Positions 1 to 10,098 of a stretch of 64,000 nucleotides of DNA are shown piece by piece; the first letter of the stretch is position 1; the number at the start of each line of letters is the position of its first letter. A program made the translations under genes and the position numbers. The stretch is from a virus (taxonomy: Duplodnaviria; Caudoviricetes): the IMG/VR virus record IMGVR_UViG_3300028805_000056, positions 32,001 to 96,000 of that record. One strand, given 5' to 3'. Under the pieces are notes generated by a model. It made no database searches, was not told the DNA's origin, and saw only the letters and a list, made by a program, of their open reading frames with translations.

Positions 1-18
1 AAAAAATATTTTCATAAT

Positions 19-219
19 TCAATTTTCTTTAAGTTCAATATTGTTATACCAGTCTATAAATTTAATCACCCATTCAAGACAAACATCAAAACATTGTATA
101 TCACCATTTTTAATATAAACAAAACCAATAAATACAAATGCTACAATGAATAGTACGGAAGCCAATAGCCACATTATTGGATACCCTAATAGCCACAATA
201 TTCTTTTAATGTAAATCAT
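19..219 (-). CDS. Small membrane protein, hypothetical
   Basis: 66 aa with a hydrophobic N-terminal segment; ATGA overlap with the upstream gene. Confidence 0.6.
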   Translation of the reverse strand: MIYIKRILWLLGYPIMWLLASVLFIVAFVFIGFVYIKNGDIQCFDVCLEWVIKFIDWYNNIELKEN

Positions 220-665
220 AATTCTATTTCTTTATCAATTCCACAAAGTCTAAGTGCATTTTGAAGTTGATGGACATATTTAATTGGCATCTCTGAAATC
301 ATTTCATAATGTAACCCGGCACTATTATCTTCAAAATAGCAACTCAATAATTTTACTTTTCTCCACCATGTAACATAGAATGAACCATAAGCACAACCAT
401 ATTGTACATCATCATCAACTACATCTATATTACTTTGTTCCCATCCATTCTTTTCAAGAATTTCTGGGGTGATAGGAATAGGTTTAATTTCATTAAGATA
501 TAGTTGAACATTATAGCCATTCTTATTTAAGACATCAACTACATATTCCATCTTATCATAATTGACTACCTCAATGCCTATTATTTTTGATGGTACTGGA
601 GTATTAAAATCAATTCTATAAACCCAATCTCCAATTTGAATCGAATCAATACTTAACTTTTCCAT
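216..665 (-). CDS. Phage hypothetical protein
   Basis: 149 aa ORF in a co-oriented array; motifs IQIGDWV, PIPITPEILEKNGW, IKYVHQLQNAL. Confidence 0.75.
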   Translation of the reverse strand: MEKLSIDSIQIGDWVYRIDFNTPVPSKIIGIEVVNYDKMEYVVDVLNKNGYNVQLYLNEIKPIPITPEILEKNGWEQSNIDVVDDDVQYGCAYGSFYVTWWRKVKLLSCYFEDNSAGLHYEMISEMPIKYVHQLQNALRLCGIDKEIEL

Positions 666-676
666 ATAAAACCTCC

Positions 677-799
677 TTATGCAAATAAACCTACAAGCAT
701 AGTTTTGTCAGCCCAAGCACAAACATCTTCAAAGCTAAAAAGTATTCCACTTTTAGAAGCACCTTTTGCTCCTAATTCTATTTCTTCTTTTCGTGTCAT
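677..799 (-). CDS. Small hypothetical, paralog family D (MTRKEEIE...WADKTM)
   Basis: 40 aa ORF read by hand (below the track cutoff); shares both motifs with 15840..16064. Confidence 0.55.
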   Translation of the reverse strand: MTRKEEIELGAKGASKSGILFSFEDVCAWADKTMLVGLFA

Positions 800-803
800 A
801 ACT

Positions 804-1199
804 TTAGTCTTTATAAAGATTATTTTCTTCTGTAACTTCAATAGCCAAATCTTTGGGAATTAAACCCATAAAATCAAAATGATGTTCAAGCAGCCAATTA
901 AATGCCTCTTCAGTGTGAGGAAATAAACCCGCTTCATAAACATTTAATCTATTGTATTCCTCTTCCTCTTCCTCAGTCATACTTGACATTGGACGGAGAT
1001 AGGGCTTAACACCATATTTTTCTATATGGTTTAATAAATTTATTGTAGAACCGTTTATTCCCAAATTAAGAACTTTATCACAATATGTTCCATTGTACGG
1101 AAATTCTTCTATGTGATATTCTGATAATATACATTTTACTCCATAAGGTAACGCCATACAGAGGTACTTCAGTAATAGTTCTTTATTTTCTGGTGCCAT
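804..1199 (-). CDS. Hypothetical, paralog family A
   Basis: KELLLKYLCMALPYG...KPYLRPMSSMTEEE...HHFDFMGLI motifs shared with 16863, 21518 and 52854. Confidence 0.8.
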   Translation of the reverse strand: MAPENKELLLKYLCMALPYGVKCILSEYHIEEFPYNGTYCDKVLNLGINGSTINLLNHIEKYGVKPYLRPMSSMTEEEEEEYNRLNVYEAGLFPHTEEAFNWLLEHHFDFMGLIPKDLAIEVTEENNLYKD

Positions 1200-1203
1200 A
1201 ATT

Positions 1204-1581
1204 TTATTCTTCCTCCTTTTCGTTTTCTTTAGCGATAGTATCTACATATCTTGTAAGTGCATCAACAACCTTGTCAGGAAGTTGTTTTACCTTGTTATTG
1301 CCTTTAATGTAGTCAATGGTGGTGCCTAAACCGTAGATTGCAAGCATTTCCTTACTTGACGGTGTAAAGATGTGTCCGAGAAAGCAGATGGTAAGCCCAA
1401 TGAAAAAGCCCTTGATGCTTCTAAACACAATTTTCTTGTGCAAATCATTATCTTCACAGAAGTCGTATATAAGCGGTATGAAAATAAGTACAAGTCCTAA
1501 AATAACAAAACCCAAAACCATACCCGCATTAAACATGTCGCCTAATTTACCAATGCGTGTAAGCCAATAAATTTCGTTCAT
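1204..1581 (-). CDS. Two-TM membrane protein, hypothetical
   Basis: Two hydrophobic segments; co-oriented array. Confidence 0.7.
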   Translation of the reverse strand: MNEIYWLTRIGKLGDMFNAGMVLGFVILGLVLIFIPLIYDFCEDNDLHKKIVFRSIKGFFIGLTICFLGHIFTPSSKEMLAIYGLGTTIDYIKGNNKVKQLPDKVVDALTRYVDTIAKENEKEEE

Positions 1582-1585
1582 AACT

Positions 1586-2740
1586 TTATTCTCCTTTCAG
1601 TCTTTCTTTAATTGATTTGAGCCAATTATCTAAAATAGCATGTTTGCCCCAAAGAGTTTCATCTTCAGTATCAATTTCATATTCCTCATACGCTTTTTTT
1701 ACAATAAGTTTATGTAATTGATTAAGATTTTCTTCATCTTCTTCACTCCATTCTTGTTTTGGATGCAAAAATACAATATCTTTAATTCTTTCAATAAGTG
1801 ATTTAATACGAATTGCTTGAGATGGAATCCATGTTGTTTCTGAACCATTTATACAATTATTACAAAGCCAAATAATGTTATTAAGGTCAGCTTCATCAAC
1901 ATCACTCAAAGTAGGACTTACTTTTTCGTCATTCATCATCTTAGTGAAACAATAGTCCATTTCAGACTTTCCTTCATCAATAACGTGAATTTTCTTCGGT
2001 TCTTTCTTTTCAGTATCCCATTCATATCCTGCTTCTTTCATCTTTTGGAATAAGTGGTCACGCTGCTCTTTGGTGGCAGGATATATATCAGAGCATCCAT
2101 AGCTATTATCAAAACCGTCATCTGCGGGAATTTCAAATTCTCCTTCACAAACAGAACAGTAGCATCTACAAGTTCCGTTACCAGTATACTCTTTGAAAAT
2201 TGCGGTAACTTTACCTAATTGAAGCACATCACCATCCTTTGCATCAGAAATATTCCACAATCTGAAATTTTTATGAACATCATTGAAGGTAAATGTTACT
2301 CGCCTACCTTTTAGATCTTCACAAACATAATAGTCTTTTACTTCTGTAACAAGATATATGTTATGCTTGAAACCTTCGGCACATCTAATAATCCAATCAC
2401 CAACCTTATAGAATACATTCCGCTGCATTTGGGTTGTATAGTAACCTTTAAATTGGGGTTCTTCTTGTTCACCCTGTTTTTCAAGCCATGAAATAACATC
2501 ATCTGGATTTATTCCCCAAGACTTAATACAACTTTGAGTTTCTGGTGCGTGAACAGCTTTTATTGCCATTTTTCTCATAACATCATCCTCACTCTCTATG
2601 AGTTCTGGGAGGATTTTTCTAACATCATCAGTAAAGATAGTTCCGCTTTTCTTAACAGTATTTAAATTAAGTATTACGTCAAATTTTTCAATAGCCTCGT
2701 CATAGCGCTTGGCTTTTTCTTCTATACTAAGTTCTTTCAT
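1586..2740 (-). CDS. Hypothetical modular protein, paralog family B
   Basis: Start taken at MKELS (ATGA overlap). Shares AKDGDVL, PATKEQRD.LFQKM.EAGYEWD and QEWSEED modules with 17266..18978. Confidence 0.8.
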   Translation of the reverse strand: MKELSIEEKAKRYDEAIEKFDVILNLNTVKKSGTIFTDDVRKILPELIESEDDVMRKMAIKAVHAPETQSCIKSWGINPDDVISWLEKQGEQEEPQFKGYYTTQMQRNVFYKVGDWIIRCAEGFKHNIYLVTEVKDYYVCEDLKGRRVTFTFNDVHKNFRLWNISDAKDGDVLQLGKVTAIFKEYTGNGTCRCYCSVCEGEFEIPADDGFDNSYGCSDIYPATKEQRDHLFQKMKEAGYEWDTEKKEPKKIHVIDEGKSEMDYCFTKMMNDEKVSPTLSDVDEADLNNIIWLCNNCINGSETTWIPSQAIRIKSLIERIKDIVFLHPKQEWSEEDEENLNQLHKLIVKKAYEEYEIDTEDETLWGKHAILDNWLKSIKERLKGE

Positions 2741-2892
2741 AGTTCTCTTAATTTGATTAGCCATTCAATTTCTTTATCATAATTAATCATCTTTTCCGCA
2801 GCAAGTGTATTTAAAGCGAGTATAATCTCATCTACAATACCCCTATCTGCTGCTGACATTTGAATAAATGCGCCTTTTCCTAATACTTTCAT
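2737..2892 (-). CDS. Small hypothetical protein
   Basis: 51 aa ORF (MKVLGKG...KLREL) read by hand; ATGA overlaps at both ends. Confidence 0.6.
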   Translation of the reverse strand: MKVLGKGAFIQMSAADRGIVDEIILALNTLAAEKMINYDKEIEWLIKLREL

Positions 2893-3206
2893 AATATTTT
2901 TCTTAGATTAGTTTTATCGTCTTTATATTCCTCAATAAGCCAATTAAGAAAGTCCATACGGCCAGTATCCCAAACATCTTGCTCCCACCACCAAGCACCT
3001 TTCTTTTCTGCTCCAAAATTAAGAGCTTCTTCTCTTCTAAATTTAGGGAAAAGAGAATGATAGTCTACATTGATATAAATTCCATAATCTATTAAAACTC
3101 TATCAATAGAAAAGCATAATCCCTCTCTTTTCAACTTCTTAGCTCTTTTAAGCACTTCCTTCCTCGTAACAGGAAGATTAAGTATATTACTAATAAATGG
3201 TATCAT
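2889..3206 (-). CDS. Hypothetical protein
   Basis: 105 aa, co-oriented array. Confidence 0.65.
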   Translation of the reverse strand: MIPFISNILNLPVTRKEVLKRAKKLKREGLCFSIDRVLIDYGIYINVDYHSLFPKFRREEALNFGAEKKGAWWWEQDVWDTGRMDFLNWLIEEYKDDKTNLRKIL

Positions 3207-3223
3207 AATTTAATTTATTTAAT

Positions 3224-3568
3224 TCACCAACAAATACTTGCTTGATAAGGATGCGGTATAAATCCTAAAAAACTAAATGGATAGTAAGAACCACAAGCAC
3301 ATCTCCAATAATTATCCTTTTTTTGATGTATGAAATAAAGTATCATACCATAAACAGGTGTTTTAGTTTCATCAAAGAATATCCTAACCTTATTTGCTTC
3401 TAATGTATTTCTATCATACAATTCATCGAATTCTTTTCTATGAGAAGTTTCTGCTTCTTGAATAATCAACCTCATATCACGTTCAATTGCACGAGAACAA
3501 TTATATTCTTTATCCCCATAGTTAAAACTATCCTCTTTTATTGGAATATCTATGTAATTTTTACCCAT
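3224..3568 (-). CDS. Hypothetical protein
   Basis: 114 aa, co-oriented array. Confidence 0.65.
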   Translation of the reverse strand: MGKNYIDIPIKEDSFNYGDKEYNCSRAIERDMRLIIQEAETSHRKEFDELYDRNTLEANKVRIFFDETKTPVYGMILYFIHQKKDNYWRCACGSYYPFSFLGFIPHPYQASICW

Positions 3569-3574
3569 AATTAA

Positions 3575-4051
3575 TCAAAGCATTAGATAGTCACGCACTA
3601 AATCTTCATTCTCTTTGAGGAACAGTTCTCTTTGTTCAGCAGTATGGAAAGCAATGAAATGATAGGCATTATAGCTGAGACCACAATAAAAATCATTTCC
3701 ATTCCTACAAATTGTATATTTGCCACAATTTGTTGGCTTTACCCACTCCTCTTCAGTAACAACACCACCAAACCTTTCATCATTAGCCATTATTTGGCTA
3801 ATTCTTGCCATAGCAAGTGCTGATTTAGCTTGCTTTTCTGTTGCAAAAACATCATAAGCGTTTAATATATTCCACTGTAGTCTAACGTACTTAACAGTGC
3901 CGCTTTGTAAAAAATAACCATTAAATTGAGCATTTTCATCATCTCTCCACCTTTTCTCTTGGGTTGGTTTGAACCTAATGCACTCAAAAGTAGAGTTTTC
4001 TTTGTCAATCTCGAAACCTTCTGGGGGTGTAATTTTAATTTCTTTTTCCAT
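3575..4051 (-). CDS. Hypothetical protein
   Basis: 158 aa; first gene after the promoter at 4083-4114. Confidence 0.75.
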   Translation of the reverse strand: MEKEIKITPPEGFEIDKENSTFECIRFKPTQEKRWRDDENAQFNGYFLQSGTVKYVRLQWNILNAYDVFATEKQAKSALAMARISQIMANDERFGGVVTEEEWVKPTNCGKYTICRNGNDFYCGLSYNAYHFIAFHTAEQRELFLKENEDLVRDYLML

Positions 4052-4082
4052 AGTTATTCACTTTTTCTTTTCATTTCTGCTG

Positions 4083-4114
4083 CAAAGGTACAACAATTTT
4101 TTGAAATGGCCAAA
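4083..4114 (-). promoter_or_regulatory. Bacteroidota sigma70-type promoter (conserved phage copy)
   Basis: TTTG-N20-TACCTTTG; near-identical copies elsewhere in the window. Confidence 0.85.
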
Positions 4115-4118
4115 TTTT

Positions 4119-4946
4119 TCAACAACTTTTTTTATTCTCCTTAATTAATGTGTTGGCAATATCCACATAATCTTCATTCATTTCAAGACCAATGAAATGC
4201 CTATTGCTCCGAATTGCCGCAATCGCAGTTGTTCCACTTCCGACAAACGGATCAAGAACAATATCCCCCTCATTTGTCCAAGACATAATATGCCTTAATG
4301 GTAATTCAATTGGAAATATTGCAGGATGTTTTATGTCTTCACCGTTTCTTGTCTTGAATACTCTCCTGTTCTGTGCGACGGCAATATCCCAATCCTGATA
4401 GTCAACCATCTCCTGATTCACATTGTAATCCAACTCCCGCCTTCCGTCTTCTCCACCAATTATCTTCGCTGTTGACGAATAATGTTTTCCTGCTGATTTA
4501 CAAGGTATCATAATCGGATTGAATGTTTTCGGCTTATTTCCTTTGACAAAACAAAACATAAACTCAATTCTTTTCGTATATCTCGGCTGTTTCACTTGTG
4601 GCATCGGATTCTTCTTCCTCCAAAACATATAATCATTTAACTTGAAACCACATTCATCCATAAAATACAACGCCTGACGCATTGATGTGCCTGTTTTCCC
4701 GCCGTTCTCTGTCTTGTCATCAACGTTCCAAATTAGAACACCACCATCCTTCAACACCCTGTAGAGTTCCTTGGCAATCTTCTCAAACTTCTCCCTGTTC
4801 CAACAATCCCTGCATGTATTATTATAATGTCTGAGGTCATCATATGGGGGAGATGTCACAATAAGGTCAATTGAACTGTCACTAATCTCTTTCAATAAAT
4901 TCTCAGAATCACCACAATATATCTTATCTAACTCTAACATACTCAA
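4119..4946 (-). CDS. DNA amino-methyltransferase (beta class, N4-C/N6-A)
   Basis: TSPPY catalytic motif N-terminal to the DPFVGSGTT SAM-binding motif. Confidence 0.92.
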   Translation of the reverse strand: MSMLELDKIYCGDSENLLKEISDSSIDLIVTSPPYDDLRHYNNTCRDCWNREKFEKIAKELYRVLKDGGVLIWNVDDKTENGGKTGTSMRQALYFMDECGFKLNDYMFWRKKNPMPQVKQPRYTKRIEFMFCFVKGNKPKTFNPIMIPCKSAGKHYSSTAKIIGGEDGRRELDYNVNQEMVDYQDWDIAVAQNRRVFKTRNGEDIKHPAIFPIELPLRHIMSWTNEGDIVLDPFVGSGTTAIAAIRSNRHFIGLEMNEDYVDIANTLIKENKKSC

Positions 4947-4982
4947 TTCATTTTAATGCTTCTTGCTTCATTTTAATACACA

Positions 4983-6317
4983 TTAAAACGATGCATTTTT
5001 TATATTCTCCAACTCCTCAAATGACAGGAATTTTGTTTCTTTATCAAAGAAACTTTTCATATATTCGAAATATCCTTCATCCAACTCGGTCATAAAGAAA
5101 TACCTTCCCATTTTATGAGCCACCCTTCCAAATGTCCCACTGCCACCGAACGGATCAAATACAAGGTCCCCTTTATAAGAATAGTATTCAATTACTCTTT
5201 TACACAGTTCTTCAGGGAATACGGCAGAATGCACCTTGTCAGACTTCGGACATATCTCCCATACGTTCGTGGTCTCAAATCCGTCACCAACCTTGCTATC
5301 TTCAATCACTTCATACGGATACTGACGCATATTCCAATCCAATAACCTGTCAGTCGGCTTTCTGTATACCATAAGATACTCTGTCACCGAATTCGGCTTA
5401 TAACCAAGCGGTTTCCTATGCTGACTGAAACCACCAACCCTGTTCTTCACACTATACTCAGGCTTCTTCCAAATAATATCATCTATGAATTCCCATCCCT
5501 GACTTACAAGTCTGCTATGAAGATCAAATGGTATGGGATATCTCTTGCTTGAGTGTGCCCTGCTTATTCTCGGTACGATAATCGGGGACGTGTTTACAAT
5601 AAGGAAACGCCCCTCCTTCGTGATTCTCATTACCTCCTTGAATACATTGTCAAGAAAATCGAGATACTCCTCATATGATTGATAAATCGAGTAGTCACGC
5701 GCATTGTAATACGGTGGGGAGGTGAATGTAAGATGAATACTTTCATCATCCAATAATTTCATTGCTTCAATGGTGTCACTATTGACTATCACATTATGAA
5801 TAAATGACGGACTGTCAACTTGACTGACCTTTTTCTCATTCTTATCCTTATTACTGAAATATTCTTTCTGAATGATACTTTGGACCGTTTCATTCTTGTT
5901 GGACAATAATCCCTTCAATGTTTCATCCACATCAGACCTTCCCTTGAACACCAACAGACCACGAATAGCCTGACATACAACCTTGGGGTCACTGTCATTA
6001 AGTATCTCGGACAATATCTCTATGTAATGCTCAGACCTTAAGCGACCAATTGCAGAAGCACATTCCCTTCTAACCGATGTACTACTGTCATTCTTATAAG
6101 TGTAATAATAAATTGGCACATATCTCATACTACATGTTTTACCAAGAGTCTTGATAGCCAATACACGGATTGTCGCATCGTCATGAGTCACAAGACACTC
6201 AATGGCATCAAGGTTCTCATTATGATCAACCTTGCCAATGCCCCTTAAAAATCCCCTTATCTCTTTTGTGCTAGCGGTATTTATCTCATCTATAGTCATA
6301 ACACCACAAATATACAA
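4983..6317 (-). CDS. HEAT-repeat domain fused to a beta-class DNA methyltransferase
   Basis: N-terminal HEAT-like repeats (IRVLAIKTLG, VRRECASAIG, VVCQAIRGL); TSPPY and DPFGGSGT motifs; true start may be MTIDE at ~6299. Confidence 0.85.
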   Translation of the reverse strand: MYICGVMTIDEINTASTKEIRGFLRGIGKVDHNENLDAIECLVTHDDATIRVLAIKTLGKTCSMRYVPIYYYTYKNDSSTSVRRECASAIGRLRSEHYIEILSEILNDSDPKVVCQAIRGLLVFKGRSDVDETLKGLLSNKNETVQSIIQKEYFSNKDKNEKKVSQVDSPSFIHNVIVNSDTIEAMKLLDDESIHLTFTSPPYYNARDYSIYQSYEEYLDFLDNVFKEVMRITKEGRFLIVNTSPIIVPRISRAHSSKRYPIPFDLHSRLVSQGWEFIDDIIWKKPEYSVKNRVGGFSQHRKPLGYKPNSVTEYLMVYRKPTDRLLDWNMRQYPYEVIEDSKVGDGFETTNVWEICPKSDKVHSAVFPEELCKRVIEYYSYKGDLVFDPFGGSGTFGRVAHKMGRYFFMTELDEGYFEYMKSFFDKETKFLSFEELENIKNASF

Positions 6318-6354
6318 AAAAAAAGCGTCCGAAACCGAACGCTTATCTTTTTTT

Positions 6355-8496
6355 TTAACTGAAATTCAATTTGACTTTCATAAGAATGGTTATTGTTCCA
6401 CCGGTATATTGACTACTCGTTTGGAATTGAACCCTACCGGATGACCCAGACTCTGTTGTTGAAGGATTGGTGTTGCTTGCAATCTGATACCTCGCAGCAC
6501 CACTGCCATATGACGACGGCATATAGAAACCTACATAATCAGGGAGATTTATAGTAGCCTGATTGAAATTGAACCCTGTGCTCGTATATGCGGCAGAATA
6601 AACCTTCAAGTCCTCCAATACAACTGTACAAGTCTGTCCTGTGCCAAGTGATGCATTATATGTCGGAGAAGTAACCCAGAAACCTTGTCTTGTACCACTG
6701 AACGTTGCACAGACATAGTCCTTGTAATCATCACCATAGTCTGAAGCCACATTATTTGCAACGGCGCCTGTCTTGCCTGAGTTGACCTCAAGATTGCTAT
6801 ATGTAACATATTCACTTTCATAGGTTTCGCCTGAGTCAGGAGTAACGTCACCAGGTACCTCAGTAAGGATAATTCTATCACCATAACTTGGACTTATATC
6901 AGTATCATCAGCAGATGTACCCATTCTATAACACCTCATTCTTAAGTAGGTGGCGTTTGGATACTGTTCCATTATTGCAGAAGCAAGGTCCTCGTTATCA
7001 TATACCCTGTCAAAGTAGTTTAGGGATGTTGACGTTGAACCTATCTTAGATGAAGAGGTGTTGAGACCTGTGTGTCCACTTAAACGTCCAAGACAAGCGG
7101 TGGCTGTGTTCGCCGAGAAACACCATATTGACAACTCTCTGATTGAATCCTCGTTCGTTTGGTCACCAATAGGCGGCTCCGTAGTCAGATAATAATGATA
7201 TCCTTGTGTAATAGGAATATAGGGTGATCTTATACAATATGTACTGGTTGTCTCAGCCGTCATGCTGAAACCACCTTGTTCCCAAGTTCCAATTGGTATT
7301 TCTTCACCCTCGTCAGGATTAACGCCACAATGCAATTCATATGTTGCAATTGGGAGATACCTGACATAAGTGTCTCCACTATAGCCCTGTTCCGTGCTTC
7401 CGTTCTGTGATGTGTTTATATTGAAGTCTATTCCCCTTATCACAACCTTGTCTTCATACACGTCCATTACACCGCCCTGAGATTCCAAAGGCTTCTCAAC
7501 ACGGTTCGTCGATGTCTCCTGTGATGTGTTTGTATAATCCGAATCAATTGGAAGGGCACATGACGGAATGTGGATTGTCCATGCACCTTCATTACCATAT
7601 CTTGCGATGTTCACATTTTTTTGGAAACGCTGAAGGTCCCACTTCCAATGTGAATGCCCACTGAACCAAAATACGTTTTTGTAATTTGAGAGGAGATTCA
7701 TCAACGCTGTAAGTCCCGAACCGCTTAACCAGTTTCCTGTGGGATATATTCCACCCGACCCGTTAACACGTCCCAAATTTCCCGCATACTCAGGAAAAAA
7801 GAGGTGTGTAAACACAAACACACGATTGTTCTTGAATGTCTCAAGAACACCACCAAGCCATGTTATATCATCTGCAAGATATGCATTTCCGGCAGAATAA
7901 TTGTACATCGAGAAGAAAACGAAAACGTCATCCACCGTGTCACCACTGCTGTTTTGGAATGAATGGGTAAAATAATATGAATTGGCATATGCGGAAGATA
8001 TGTTAAGTGTGTGAGTCGTGGTCTCAAGCGTTCTCCTTGTGTATGTGGGAAAAGTTGAAGCACCACTATGAGAACTGTAGCAATCATGGTTTCCTGTACA
8101 GGTATAGAATGGTGTGCCCGTCAGTATCTCGGCAACCGCACTCTGTGTCATTGTAAATTCACTGTTCTCGCCATACTGCGACAGGTCTCCGCTTGCACAC
8201 ACCATATCCACATGCTCATAGTCCCTAAGCCACTTGAATGCCCGCTTAAGGTCTCCCGCACCCTCATCTGAATAAGGATACGAATTCAAATACTGTGAGT
8301 AATTGTAGTCTGTGGTATCTACGTGAATATCAGACAGTAAGCCAACCTTGTATAATGGTGTCCCCTGGTTATTTTCCAAATTTCCTAAAGGTATTTCACC
8401 GACTCTCTTATTATTGCTGTCATATATCCCAATATATTTTGCCTCTCTTGGGGCAATGTTATGACTATTGAAACCACTATATGTATATTGTGCCAT
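6355..8496 (-). CDS. Calcineurin-like metallophosphoesterase with C-terminal extension (possibly virion-associated)
   Basis: SDIH, GDLS, GNHD, THL and GHSH motifs; S/T/G-rich tail. Confidence 0.85.
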   Translation of the reverse strand: MAQYTYSGFNSHNIAPREAKYIGIYDSNNKRVGEIPLGNLENNQGTPLYKVGLLSDIHVDTTDYNYSQYLNSYPYSDEGAGDLKRAFKWLRDYEHVDMVCASGDLSQYGENSEFTMTQSAVAEILTGTPFYTCTGNHDCYSSHSGASTFPTYTRRTLETTTHTLNISSAYANSYYFTHSFQNSSGDTVDDVFVFFSMYNYSAGNAYLADDITWLGGVLETFKNNRVFVFTHLFFPEYAGNLGRVNGSGGIYPTGNWLSGSGLTALMNLLSNYKNVFWFSGHSHWKWDLQRFQKNVNIARYGNEGAWTIHIPSCALPIDSDYTNTSQETSTNRVEKPLESQGGVMDVYEDKVVIRGIDFNINTSQNGSTEQGYSGDTYVRYLPIATYELHCGVNPDEGEEIPIGTWEQGGFSMTAETTSTYCIRSPYIPITQGYHYYLTTEPPIGDQTNEDSIRELSIWCFSANTATACLGRLSGHTGLNTSSSKIGSTSTSLNYFDRVYDNEDLASAIMEQYPNATYLRMRCYRMGTSADDTDISPSYGDRIILTEVPGDVTPDSGETYESEYVTYSNLEVNSGKTGAVANNVASDYGDDYKDYVCATFSGTRQGFWVTSPTYNASLGTGQTCTVVLEDLKVYSAAYTSTGFNFNQATINLPDYVGFYMPSSYGSGAARYQIASNTNPSTTESGSSGRVQFQTSSQYTGGTITILMKVKLNFS

Positions 8497-8502
8497 TTAT
8501 AC

Positions 8503-9837
8503 TTAACTGATAGTAAATTCTGTTATTTCATCCACTCTCTCCAATGGGGTTCTATTTGAATCCTCATAGAACATCTTATATGTTCCGCTTTCGAGTGCAT
8601 TATCGTTAATCGTAATTGTAAGGTCTGATGAAGTTTTGTTAACGGTTCCTATTTCAGGTATGCTTTCCATCTCGCCGCCATACATTAGGAATGTCGTGCC
8701 GGATACCGCTTCCCCATTTACATACACACCATTCACCTTCCTCCAAAAATCAACAAATGAGATGGATGTCCACACATTATTGGTTTTCATATGTATGCGA
8801 GAAACACTCTTCATTACACCGTCAATCTTCATATACAATTTCTTGGTGACTTCACTGACTACAATGGTATGACCCGTAATGACATTAGTCAAAGTATAAG
8901 TAAATGTACCATTACTACCGGTAAATTGACTTGTTATGTCACTTCCGTTATCAACAACACTCACCTTTGATATGTCAGACGTTGTCAGGGTAAGTAAACA
9001 ACTACCCCCCTCCTGTACACTTACCGGATTTGCTGTTATTGTAGCGCCAGTATAAGTGGACGATACATTTATCGAATATGACGCTAATCCCGGTTCAACC
9101 GTTAATGTATGGTCTGCATTTACATTGCTTAGTGTGTAAGTGTAATTTGATCCGGACCTCACAAGACTTGATGTGACATCCACATCATTGTCAAATAATT
9201 TAATATCAGAAAGCGAACCAACACCGGTAATCGTTATGACATTCGTGCCGCCACTTACCGTCTCACCGCTCTGAGCGGATATTCCTACACCTTGTACGGA
9301 AGAAGAAGTAGTTATAGCATAAAACGTTTCGTCCCAAGAATAGTTAACGGTTAAAGTAGCACCACGAAATCTAGCATTATAAGTTGTACCATTTGAAGTT
9401 CTATTGACTGATATTCTTAATTTTATATTATGTAATTCTTCGACATTCCAATTTCCTGGAGTTATTGAATAAACAGTACCCGTAGTAGCTGTACTGGTGA
9501 CTTGTACTTGCGAACCTTTTACAGTTGTTCCACTTGCTAATTGTAAATATGTATATCCCCTATTTGATCTAGAAGATGAAACAGAACAACGTCCAGAACA
9601 AGAAACAGACGTTATTGATGCATTTAATGGAATTGTTGTGGTACCGGAGAAATTATAAAACGCATATAACGTTTGATTATACACACCATTTAATGTTGCA
9701 TATGTGTTACTACCAGTATTTGTTACTGGATTTAAACCATTTTCCGTGTTTGCTGCGCTTTGTATGGTCGAGTTTGTACTATCATACGACGTTGGTATCC
9801 CCGTAAAGGTCTCATTATGTGTTACTATTCTACTCAT
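8503..9837 (-). CDS. Putative virion/tail-fibre-associated protein with Ig-like repeats
   Basis: S/T-rich; duplicated DN..D.TS...YTYTL.NV...HT..V units; TATTTAT motif upstream. Confidence 0.6.
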   Translation of the reverse strand: MSRIVTHNETFTGIPTSYDSTNSTIQSAANTENGLNPVTNTGSNTYATLNGVYNQTLYAFYNFSGTTTIPLNASITSVSCSGRCSVSSSRSNRGYTYLQLASGTTVKGSQVQVTSTATTGTVYSITPGNWNVEELHNIKLRISVNRTSNGTTYNARFRGATLTVNYSWDETFYAITTSSSVQGVGISAQSGETVSGGTNVITITGVGSLSDIKLFDNDVDVTSSLVRSGSNYTYTLSNVNADHTLTVEPGLASYSINVSSTYTGATITANPVSVQEGGSCLLTLTTSDISKVSVVDNGSDITSQFTGSNGTFTYTLTNVITGHTIVVSEVTKKLYMKIDGVMKSVSRIHMKTNNVWTSISFVDFWRKVNGVYVNGEAVSGTTFLMYGGEMESIPEIGTVNKTSSDLTITINDNALESGTYKMFYEDSNRTPLERVDEITEFTIS

Positions 9838-10098
9838 CTCTATTTATTTCCATTGATATAATAATAAATACTGAAAGTAGAATTAAATATGGGGTTATGC
9901 ATATAAAGAAAATAGCCGCATTTCTGCGACTATACCATAATGCTGCTCTTACTCATGAAGATATTTGTAGGCAGCAATGACCTCCTCGTCAGAGTAAAGA
10001 ATATCGTTGTCGATCACGTACAACGCATCTTTCTCGCAAGAGAAGGCAAGAGATTTCTCTTCTTCCATAGAATCTTGCTTTTAAGGGTTAAACAATTT

